From Naegleria gruberi (lineage: Eukaryota): 64,000 nt of DNA. Location: NCBI GenBank assembly GCA_000004985.1, contig GG738888.1. One strand, 5' to 3'. A model generated the notes under the pieces. The model made no database searches. It had not been told where the DNA came from and saw only the letters and a list, made by a program, of their open reading frames with translations. A program made the translations under genes and the position numbers. Shown here piece by piece: positions 1 through 9,837 of this stretch; the first letter of the stretch is position 1, and each line of letters begins with the position of its first letter.

Positions 1-325
1 GACCATTGCCAATTTTCATGAATTTTATCTCCCATAAATGTAATATTTCTTTGATTAATTAGCACCACATTTAATATCATTTTATTTCAATTGTAAAGGT
101 TTTGAAATATTAACTCTGTGACCATTTTACAAGAAAATAATCATCTTTCGAAATTATTTGACCATAAATATCATGTGACATGGTATAGCAAATGTTCCAA
201 ATATACAATATTCTCTAAAATATTTAGCTCTACTAATTTCATCATTAAATTGAATAGTTGTAATTTTTTCATGATATAAAATTAAAAATATAGCAATAGG
301 AGCAGGTACTATATATAGACCTAAT

Positions 326-393
326 AAAACTGAATAATAGTATAATTAATAAAATATATATATAAAACTGAATAATAGTATAATTAATAAAAT
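326..393. repeat. Tandem direct duplication of about 37 bp (AAACTGAATAATAGTATAATTAATAAAATA x2) overlapping the 3' end of ORF 346..702.
   Basis: Read directly. Two near-identical copies are separated by ATATATAT. Confidence 0.5.
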
Positions 394-702
394 AATAACA
401 GCATAAACAACACCATTTCCACAATCACCCATATAACAATTACCACAATTAGATGAACCACCACCAGTTCCACAACAATCAATACAACAATTACATTTAT
501 CACATAAATTATTACATGATGAACAACAATTATCACTTTTTCTAATACGTTTAGATGAATGTATTGATGGTGGTCTTATAATTCTATTATCAATTCTATT
601 AGAAATATTATTATTATTATTATTTAATTGATTGGATTGTTTATCAAATATAGTAATATGTTCAATTTGATTTACAATTGAACACCATCTAAAAAAACCC
701 AT
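346..702 (-). CDS. Hypothetical Cys-rich protein with C-terminal hydrophobic tail. Gene structure is unresolved and an N/Q-rich open frame continues upstream to about 1000.
   Basis: ORF track. C-terminal CCSSCNNLCDKCNCCIDCCGTGGG motif followed by a hydrophobic tail. A second open frame (YPPSSYLQPIDGQPIITQQ...) overlaps the 5' end in another phase. Confidence 0.3.
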   Translation of the reverse strand: MGFFRWCSIVNQIEHITIFDKQSNQLNNNNNNISNRIDNRIIRPPSIHSSKRIRKSDNCCSSCNNLCDKCNCCIDCCGTGGGSSNCGNCYMGDCGNGVVYAVIILLIILLFSFIYIFY

Positions 703-1065
703 TGAAGCACAACATAAATATTTATCAATAGTATCTTGATTTTGTAATGTATATTCATAGTGTGTTGATGATTTTTGTTTAAATCTTGAAATTTTTTACT
801 AATTATTTCAGTTTTAATCATTGGAGTAGCATTAGTAATATTGAAATGTTGATTAGTTTGATTATTAGTTTGAAATAATTGTTGTTGAATTGGATAAGAT
901 GATTGTTGTGTTATTATTGGTTGACCATCAATAGGTTGTAGATATGAAGATGGTGGATAGCTTCATTTGTATTAGAATTATTAATACAATTTATTAATTT
1001 AATATATTTAATTAAAAATTACTAAAATTAGACAATTATATTTTAAAGTACTTTTTTGAAAAAAA

Positions 1066-2645
1066 ATGAAAGGTTTGCTCTCTACATTAAATCGTTCTGT
1101 TCTTCATTCCGTCAAAGGTTTTAAGAATGTACCAATCAGAGGTTCTTCATCATTGAAACATTTATTTACTACTCCGTCATCATCATTACATGTCTCATCA
1201 TCATTAAATTTATTTATGATGAATAATAACCTAAAGCCTTGTAATTATACAACAAGTCTTATTGTTAATAATAATAATAATAATAATGAATCATCAACAA
1301 GTAAACCTTTAAATCAATTAGAACAATCCATGTTACAAGGAATTACTTCTATTATTCAAGCTAATAATGAATCTTTTTCATCAGGTGATTATATTACTAT
1401 TCAAAAAAGATATGAACAGTATGTTATTTTAATTATTTTAATTATTAATATATTTAATATTATTATTATTCATCATCATAACAATATATAATAATAACAA
1501 CATAACATCATCAAAATAATAATTCATAACAATCAACATCATTATAACATCATCATCATAAAAACATCAGAATATATAATCAATTAACAAAATCTAATCA
1601 TCCAATTCAATCAGAATTAATTAAAGAGAATGTATTAAAATTAATTTCAATTAGTATTGAACATTTAAAATTGATTGAAAAAAAAGAAGAATTAATATTA
1701 CCATTTTATAAATTAGAATGGAAGATTGCATGTGTATTACAAATAATTGGAGAATATGAACAAGCAGTTATTAAAATTACTAGTGCATTAAATTCAAAAG
1801 AAGGAATTGAAGAAATTCCACAAATGAAAATTATAAAAGCATCAATTTTAAATAGTATGGGATTAAATGATCAAGGATTTGAATTACATAATAAAGCTAT
1901 ACAAGAAATTGGACCTAAAGTAACATGGAAGAATGGATTAGAAGCATCTTTAGCATTTCATGAATTGGGTGAATATTATTTAAATAGAGGTGAAACTGGA
2001 AAGGCTGTTCAAAATTTTGAAAAATCACTTTCAATTAGTGAAGGTTTTTATGGATGGATGTCACCACAAACAACTAAAACTGCATTATTATTAAGTAGAT
2101 TATATTTAGAAACTAATAAGGTTGATTTTTCTGTTATTTTAGGTGAAAAAGCTTTAATTGGTATTGAATTATTTTTAGATTTATATGAAGCACAATTAAT
2201 TACAATTTCAGGTTCATATTTAGCAAGAGCATATGAAAGAAAAGGTTTTTATCCATTTCAACAATCAACCATTTCAAGAGTTTATAATATTTTAAGAAGA
2301 AAAAAGAATGAAACTGATACACAAACATATATGGAATGTGTTTTTAAATTAGAAAATATGATGGGTTCATGTAGATTCTTTCAAGGTCATTTAAAATTAG
2401 CTGATCAAACATTTACTAAATTAGATCAATTAGCTGAATCTGTAATGCCTGAATGGATTAAAAAAGATTCAGAAGAAGCTCAATTTGAATTAGCCTATAT
2501 GAAATATTTTAAAGGTATTTCTAAAATTGGATTAAAAGAAAATTCACAAGGTATTTCTGAACTTGAACAAGCAAGAAAAATATTTTTAAATTTACAAAGA
2601 CAAGATTGGGCATTACATTGTGATCAATATATTAATAAAAATTAA
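1066..2645 (+). CDS. TPR-like repeat protein in 2 exons (1066..1418, 1571..2645). The intron is 1419..1570 (GTATGT...CATCAG). The N-terminus resembles a mitochondrial presequence.
   Basis: ORFs 1066..1491 and 1671..2645 join in frame across a GTATGT 5' splice site. Exon 1 leaves CA and exon 2 supplies A, giving CAA. The track's start at 1671 is TTG, not ATG. TPR-like helical repeats in exon 2. Confidence 0.55.
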
Positions 2646-3165
2646 TACATTTTTTATTATTAATTATTCTTTGTCTTTATTGAAAGAATTGGCATTTTGT
2701 TACACAGCTCCCAAAACAGAACTTTATTCTTTTTTAGAGTTAATACAATTTTTCTATCATTTCTAAAATGTTTTGTAAATTTTATGTTTATTGGATATTT
2801 AATATTATTTGATAATGAATAATACCTTTAAATATTTCAAACTCTATTCCATTTAAACTATTGATACTAATGACATCATAAAATTTAATACGAAATACTT
2901 TTTGTCTTTCTTTTTACATTTCTTTCATTCTTAATAGTAGTATATTAAGATTTCGTTTCATTTTTTAAACTCAACATATTGTGAATACAGTGTTATAATA
3001 ATCATGTACTTGTTCTTTATACTAATTTATTTCAATATTTGTTTTGATTGGAGAAACACCAATACCTAGTTTTCAATAAATTAACTCTAAATCTTCCTAT
3101 TTAATATTCTATACTACTGCTACTAATAGTATTTTGATGGTAGAATGTTATGTAAATATATTAGG

Positions 3166-5271
3166 TTATAACCTATTCTCATAGGGTACACTAATAAGCA
3201 TTGTATCTTCTTCAATTCCTGATTTGAATAATTTTGAGAAGAAACCTCTCTTTTGATTATTACCACTGCCATTACCACTACTACCAATACCAATACCACC
3301 TATAGCACCATTACTATTCATCATCATTATGGAAGTTTGTTGTTGTTGATAGGGATAATCCATACTATTGGCTCTACTTCTACTACTACTATAATTACTT
3401 TGATTACTATTGGCTCTCTCTCTTTGAATTGCATTACTATTAGAACGACTATTTCTATTATTATTATTATTATTATTATGTGAATAAGGAGAGGAGGTAA
3501 TAATATATTGTTGATCATTCAATAGACCACCACCACCACTATGTAATGGTGGAGACATGATTAATGAACTTGCTTCACTCTGTTCATCCAAATCAGATTC
3601 TATACCACCTCCAATACCACCATCAATACCACCACCAATAATACACCAACACCAATATTTCCATTATGATAATTATGATAATAATAATTATTGTGTGTAC
3701 TCAAAGTTGAATCAGTGTAATGTGTTAAATCATTTTCATCTCTAACAATATCACGTATAATTTGATTAGATTTATGAAATATATAACACATTAAAAATGG
3801 TGTAAAATCTGATAGAGAATTAATAAATCCAATTACAATAATATAAGAATCATATAAAATTAAAAGTCCATTTCCATATAATGAAATATAAATTTCAGTA
3901 AATATTAATTGTGAAATTGATTGTAATAAATAAACCATTATACAAATAATCATTGAATAAAATAACCATTTGCTAGTTGATTCAATTCTATTCATTAATT
4001 TTGGACCATTTCTATAATTATATGAAGATTGTGATGATAAATTATATTCAATATTATTTTCATTCTCTTTATATCTACTATTATTATTATTATTGAATGT
4101 TGTTATTTGTTGTTGTTGTTGTTGTTGTTGTTGTGGTGGTACTGTTGTTGTTACTGCTGCTAATTGTGTGGTGGTGGTGGTGGTATTTTGTGTTATTATT
4201 TGTGTTATTATTTGTGTTGGTCTTCCATTAGTAGTGAATGAATTTCTTTTATAAATTTTTAAACCTTCAACAAATGATAAATTCCACATTGATTTTCTTT
4301 TCCAAATTGAGTAAAATAAAAACCAAATAATTAATGAAAATGATAAAAATGCATTTAAACAATGTTCAACTCTAACAATCCATGTAAACCATATTGTATT
4401 CATATTTGGTGAATATAAATCTGGATAACATTTAATAAATACTAAAATTGACATTGTAATTTCTAATCCAATCCATAAAATACTACACGTAATAAATATT
4501 AATAAATGTTTAAATTGTCTTTTTTGTATATTTGCACTTGCATATCCTCTTTGAAATGATTCTAATTCACTCCAAAAAAATGCCTTTTTTTTTAATATTA
4601 TTTAATATTTAATATTATATTGTAATAATATTTAATATTTTTGTAATAATAATAAAACTTACAATTAAAAAATAAGTATTATGTAATAAAATACCACTCA
4701 ATGTAAATGCAACTAGAAATATTTGAGAATGAGACCAATTATTTCCAATATCAAGAATATTTGTTGGTAATAATTCAAAACCAACAAGAAAATAAATTAA
4801 AAATCTAATTAAAAAATATGGAATTATTTGAATATAAAATAAATATTGTAATATTTGACTAGGTTGTGAATTTGGATATAAATTCTTTTCTCCATTTCTA
4901 AAATCTTTTAATCTTTTAAATTTTTTAATCCATTTTGAAATTTTATTAACAAGTAAATAAATTGAATAACAAAAAACTAGTGAAAATCCAAAAAAGTAAA
5001 ATACAAAAAAACAAATAAATGTTGGATGTAGATAATTATTAGAAGGTGGTTGATCATTTGTTGTTGTATTATTATTAATATATCCGAATATTTGTTCTTG
5101 TACAAGTGATGATAATGATGATAATGATGATGGTGAAGATGATGGTGATGTATTAATAATATCCGCAGCATGATTCCTAGTATCAGTCCAATCATGATGA
5201 TATGATGATGTAATGATTTTAGATAAAAGTGTACTACTCATTGTTGAATAGTGTTGAGAGGTGTCGATCAT
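3166..5271 (-). CDS. Multi-pass membrane protein. Exons are 5271..4663 and 4583..3602, separated by a 79-nt intron at 4584..4662. The low-complexity ORF 3166..3591 may be a C-terminal extension reached through a weak GTGTTG intron or a frameshift.
   Basis: GTAAGT 5' splice site (RC of acttac at 4657-4662) and a poly-A...AG acceptor join ORF 4615..5271 to ORF 3600..4454 in frame as ...FLI|AFFWSE.... Several hydrophobic helices. The N-terminus is poly-S. Confidence 0.5.
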
Positions 5272-5495
5272 TTTTTGAAAAGTTATTATTGTTGTGCTGA
5301 TGATGATTGTTTTATGATGCGCTCATTTAGATATTTTCCATTATATATATTTCTTTGGTTGGGTTTCTATTTGGGTTTATGCTTTTCCATACAGACTAGT
5401 AGTATTATCATTTCAAAAACATAATGTTGTGTAATAGCTAGCTCCTCAAATATTTTCTCACTCAGTTGATGTGTTTATATGATGAATAGTTTTAT

Positions 5496-6455
5496 TTAAA
5501 AATCAGTTTCAATAAATAGAATGTCAAACATAGACCCTGACATATCAAGGTTCCATTCAGTAATATCAGAAAGAGGAGAATCCAGTTGAGAGTTTGAAGA
5601 TATTGTTGATGATTGATCTGATAACCGTGAATTTAATTCAGGTTTTGGATCAATTCTGTTGTAATTATCAATAATAAACTCGTTACTATTCAATGGTGCC
5701 ATGGTATCTGATTGATACAGTGAACCATGTATCACCACTGAATTAAAATTAATTGGTGATGATTCATTCAAATTGTAAGTGGAAATATCTTGTTGTTGAG
5801 CAGCAGCAGGTCTATTATTGAAACTAGTAATAGAGGATTCATTGGATATTGTTGGAGAGAAAGAGTTATTGGTTGGAGTGGAGGTAGAGGCAATGGTAGT
5901 GATAGCAGTGATGGCAGGGGAGGCAATGGTAGTGGTAGTGGCAGCAGTGGAGGTAGAGGCAGTGATAGTAGTAGTAGTTGGAGTAGTAGTATTAGAATTG
6001 GATGAATTGAAATTAACTACATTATTTAAAGAGGTAGGTGTAGAGCAAGAATTAGATCTCAAAGGAGTGGAAGGAGCATGAGGAACAATGTACAACACTT
6101 GTTTGTTTAAAGACAAGTCTAAAATTTGTAAACAATCAATGTGCGGACGAGAATGTCTTCGTTGTTTTTGTGATCCATTTGAAGGACATGAAGCACTTGA
6201 AGAAAGTGCTTTAGGTCTTCTTCGTTTTGTCACTCCATTGAAGAATTGTACTCTTCTATGGTTTGAATTCATGAATGATGATGATTTACTTGTTAGCTGG
6301 TTTCTAGAACAATTATTCATTAAACTTCTACAAGTATAACAATCATTATTCATATTTGTTGGTTGTTGTTGCACATAAAAATTGTATTTACCTGTTGTGA
6401 ATCTGCAAAAGGTTTTTTCAAAGGGATTAGCGTGGCTTTTAGGGGCTATTTTCAT
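5496..6455 (-). CDS. S/T-rich low-complexity protein with an N-terminal Cys/His cluster (CRF..C..C). Function unknown.
   Basis: 319-aa ORF with eukaryotic codon bias. The antisense ORFs 5790..6005 and 5818..6081 are reading artefacts of the repetitive ACT/AGT-rich tract. Confidence 0.35.
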   Translation of the reverse strand: MKIAPKSHANPFEKTFCRFTTGKYNFYVQQQPTNMNNDCYTCRSLMNNCSRNQLTSKSSSFMNSNHRRVQFFNGVTKRRRPKALSSSASCPSNGSQKQRRHSRPHIDCLQILDLSLNKQVLYIVPHAPSTPLRSNSCSTPTSLNNVVNFNSSNSNTTTPTTTTITASTSTAATTTTIASPAITAITTIASTSTPTNNSFSPTISNESSITSFNNRPAAAQQQDISTYNLNESSPINFNSVVIHGSLYQSDTMAPLNSNEFIIDNYNRIDPKPELNSRLSDQSSTISSNSQLDSPLSDITEWNLDMSGSMFDILFIETDF

Positions 6456-6810
6456 TTGAGATATTTTTTTTTGAAGTTGTTTTTAGAAAGCCTAGTCGCT
6501 TGAATACGCTTTAAAAATGGCCACTAACACCATTTAATAATAATAAGGATACTGAATATTTTGAGAGTTTTACCAATTGTTATTGATAAATGATTTGGTG
6601 GAGTGTTGATTGTTTAGTAGTACAACATGTGTAAAAAGACAGGTCATTGAGTACGAATAATATCAAAATCTAATACTACTACTACAAGGTTACCAAGTAT
6701 TGTAAAGTAATGATTTAAAAAGTGAAGGAATTCAACCAACCAGTAGGAATACAAGGCTTGTTGGTTGAAGAAAGAGCGCAAAACAACACTACAAAAGAAT
6801 CTTCAGCAAC

Positions 6811-6824
6811 ATCTCGGCCGAGAT
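6811..6824. repeat. Perfect 14-bp GC-rich palindrome ATCTCGGCCGAGAT in the intergenic/promoter region.
   Basis: Read directly. The sequence equals its own reverse complement. It is GC-rich in an AT-rich background. Confidence 0.5.
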
Positions 6825-6855
6825 GATGACAACTTCAAGTGGCTAGCAGTAGTCG

Positions 6856-6899
6856 TTGGCGCCAAATGGTTTTACAACAACGATTACAATTTTGGCGCC
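6856..6899. promoter_or_regulatory. Pair of E2F-like GGCGCC-core elements: TTGGCGCCAAA at 6856-6866 and TTTTGGCGCC at 6889-6899. Together they form a 10-bp inverted repeat with a 22-nt spacer.
   Basis: Read directly. They match the E2F consensus TTTSGCGC. They lie about 400 bp upstream of the ATG at 6455. Confidence 0.3.
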
Positions 6900-7128
6900 T
6901 AATAGATAGTAATGTTGTGGATTATAATGAAATTATCTCTTTGAAATTGTATAATGGCTCAATGCTTTTTTTGAATTTCAATTCCAGAATGGTTTTATCT
7001 ACAAATGAACTCTAAATTGAATTTGGAACAGACTTTACAAAACACTCTACAATTTTCAAGATCCATTTCATAAACAGAGATGAAACCAAAAACTTCTAAA
7101 AGATTTATTTGGAAATTACTTGAAGTTT

Positions 7129-8265
7129 TTAAAAATTATTTTCAATAACTCTTGTAATATTTTCAATCTTATCTCCAACCTTGCTTTCAGTTTGTTCCAA
7201 ATCTTTTACAAAATTTTTCTTTGGTTGATAAGTTGATTTAGTTTTTGTAAAGGAATACTTTAAATTATCAAATTTAGATAATTTCAAATCTAAGAAATCG
7301 TATGGTTTCAATTTTTCAAAATCATTGAACATTTGATCACATGATAATTTCCAATCTAATAATTCTTTCAAATAATCCATTCTAAATTGAGATTGTTTAT
7401 CAAGTGAATATAAAACTTCACTTTCCTTCTTTTCAAGTAATTCTTTAATTTTCAAGAATTGACTTTGAATTTTTTGTTTAGTTTCTGTAGTTGAAATTTC
7501 AGTATTACCCAACTCATTTTCAAGTTGATTAACTGAAATTTTCTCTTCATTAATCCATTTATCAATATCAGATTTAAATTCAAATATTTCTTCTCTTTCA
7601 ATTCCTTCAACATCTTCAATTAAATGAATTTTATGAGTATTGTGAAGTTTACTAACAGCACAAGCAGAACACATTAATTTCTTACAAGTTTTACAAAGTG
7701 AATTAATGGAAATATTATGAGTTGGACATTTATGAATTGCACTTTGTCTATTGTAATTATAATTTAAATAAATTATAATTAAATATATAATAATTAAATA
7801 ATAATAATTAAATAAATATTAATAATAAATATAATTAAATAATAATAATAAATAAAAAACATACGATTCAGCACCACTAATTCTAACAATTCTAATAGCA
7901 ATTTCAATTTCATTCTTTTTAGGAGTATTTAAAGATAAAGTTCTCTTAACTTCTTCATTTAAATGAAATTGATTAGTATCAATTTGTAAAGAAACATTTC
8001 CAATAAATTCATCTTTGGTAATTTTGTTTTCATCCATAACAGTGAATAAAAGTGTTACATTTGGAATATTCTTCAATACCATTCCAGAGACTGGAATTAC
8101 AAATTCATTATTCCACTCTGGATTTGATGATTTTGAAATAACAAATGATTTCTTCTTTATATTGGCATCTAAATTAGTTTCAACTAGACAGTAGGCATCT
8201 TGTTTTGATGATAAATTAGCTCCAATTGTACGAACAATAATTAAATCTCCATCTAATAAACTCAT
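7129..8265 (-). CDS. C2 domain + B-box zinc finger + coiled-coil protein in 2 exons (8265..7865 and 7747..7129). The intron is 7748..7864.
   Basis: Exon 1 has a C2-like motif (NPEWNNEFVIPV). The GTATGT 5' site (RC of acatac 7859-7864) and CAATAG acceptor join in frame (..GAES|QSAIHKCPTHN...). A B-box-like C/H pattern (CPTH...CKTCKKLMCSACAVSKLHNTHKIH) is followed by a coiled coil. Confidence 0.55.
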
Positions 8266-8278
8266 GATGACTGTACTA

Positions 8279-8305
8279 CAATAATAATAATAATAATAAT
8301 AATAT
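8279..8305. repeat. (ATA)n microsatellite in the 5' flank of the C2/B-box gene.
   Basis: Read directly: aataataataataataataataat. Confidence 0.6.
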
Positions 8306-8526
8306 TCACAAGATAATGATCCTGGATAAAGTTAACTTTTTTTTTTAAATTTGTTCTCCTCCATTACAATCAAATGTGGTGAATTTATAATTGTTCACCA
8401 TGTCATGTTGACAGGAGCGACCCAAAAAAACAAAATAATAATTGATTGGTTGACCATTTAAATAATAGAGGGTCATTTGATGTGAAATGGAATGTTCTTT
8501 AAAAACAAATGTTATTTCTTTTTTTA

Positions 8527-9523
8527 TTAATTATTAGTATTAATATAAAGAGAAACAAAGAATGTAGTTAAATTTATACTAGTTGCCATACAAACAATAC
8601 CAAGTATTACAATTAATGGAATTGGTAAAAGGAATAATTCTGAATTTTTGATAAAAGTTAATTTGAGATAACCTTTAAATGTAATGTACCAATAATATGA
8701 AAATGAAAAAATGTAAAGTAAATCTGAAAGTATTATTCCCATAAATCCATCCATGCTTAATAAAGGTAAAAATATAAATTGAGCAACATAGAGTAAAATA
8801 AATAATGGAAAGAATGAATTTGTATGAATATCAAAACTATATAACCATTCAATACTTTCATTATCACTTGTTGATAGAATTTTGTTTCCAATTAACCTAA
8901 AAATCAAATATTACATTAAAATATATTTAATCCATCATTATGATCCGAATTATAAAATTCATATTAAAATGTTCATATGTATATTTTGTAATATATTCAT
9001 ATGTTTTATAATATTAATAATAAATAATTGATAAATAATTGATAATATGATAACATACCAAGTAAATGTAGAAATTACAATTCCAAGAAATATAAAATCA
9101 AAAAGTAATAAATATCCAATCAGTGAAATATAATTCGATAATGAAAGCTTATGGAAAAAGATTGAATAAATTAATCCGACAATTAACATGAAGGCTGATA
9201 ATATCATTACAAGGGAAGGATCATCTCTTGAGTATCTATCTTTAATATCTAAATGATCAGCATTTAATAATTAATATTATTAATCAGAAATCTTAACAAG
9301 ACATACATTTTCTATTCTCAGCACTTTTATATACAAGATCAGGGGATATTATTAATTGTAACATTTGTCTGAAGGCTCCTTTAAAATCCAATTGTCTCCA
9401 TTTAAACATTCTCACTATAAATTGAATAATTTGTTCTTGATCACCACCTGATTTACTAATTGATGATGATGATCCTGTTGCTGATGTTGATGAGAGTGAG
9501 GGAGATGGTCGTTGTTGCATCAT
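8527..9523 (-). CDS. unc50: UNC-50 family (GMH1-like) Golgi membrane protein in 3 exons: 9523..9307, 9248..9059 and 8896..8527. Introns are 9249..9306 and 8897..9058.
   Basis: Family signature FKWRQLDFKGAFRQMLQLIISPDLVYK...YSRDDPSLVMILSAF and 5 TM helices. Both introns begin GTATGT and all junctions are in frame with ORFs 9293..9523, 8959..9207 and 8527..8907. The product is about 258 aa, matching the family's size. Confidence 0.7.
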
Positions 9524-9837
9524 TTTTATTACTTTTATTAGAGTAATTAATAATAATATCTACATCCCAACGAATAACAATGATGACATCATATCATACG
9601 TGGAAATGTAATATTATACTATTTGATTGTTTCTACTTTCAATGGTATACTAAATTTTCGAATTGGCCAATATTCAAACAAGCCTTCTTCCTCTATTCAA
9701 TGATAGCACACTAGTAGTAGGCTTTAAGAAAAAGTTAGGCTTCCTTCACAAAAAAGCCTTCTCAAAAGATAAAATGCACATTCTTGTTGATGTTGTTTGA
9801 AAAAAGCCTTCTTCTGAATTTTCTCGGAACTAAAAAA

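Noticed and set aside
3253-3745. Plus-strand ORFs 3253..3483, 3557..3745 and the minus-strand ORF 3327..3518
   Set aside because: They overlap the low-complexity tail of the minus-strand membrane-protein gene. Their compositions (poly-I/T, IPPP repeats) are mirror images of the N/S/G tracts.
5790-6081. Plus-strand ORFs 5790..6005 and 5818..6081 (Gly/Ser/Val-rich)
   Set aside because: They are antisense readings of the T/S-rich ACT/AGT repeat tract of the minus-strand gene 5496..6455. They have no start context and consist of low-complexity mirror sequence.
6809-6826. Possible U2 snRNA 5' end (shares CTCGGCC with AUCGCUUCUCGGCCUUUUGGCUAAGAUC)
   Set aside because: Only 7 nt match. The downstream sequence (GAGATGATGAC) diverges completely from the U2 branch-point-recognition region, and no Sm site or stem-loops follow. 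It is better explained as a palindromic DNA motif.
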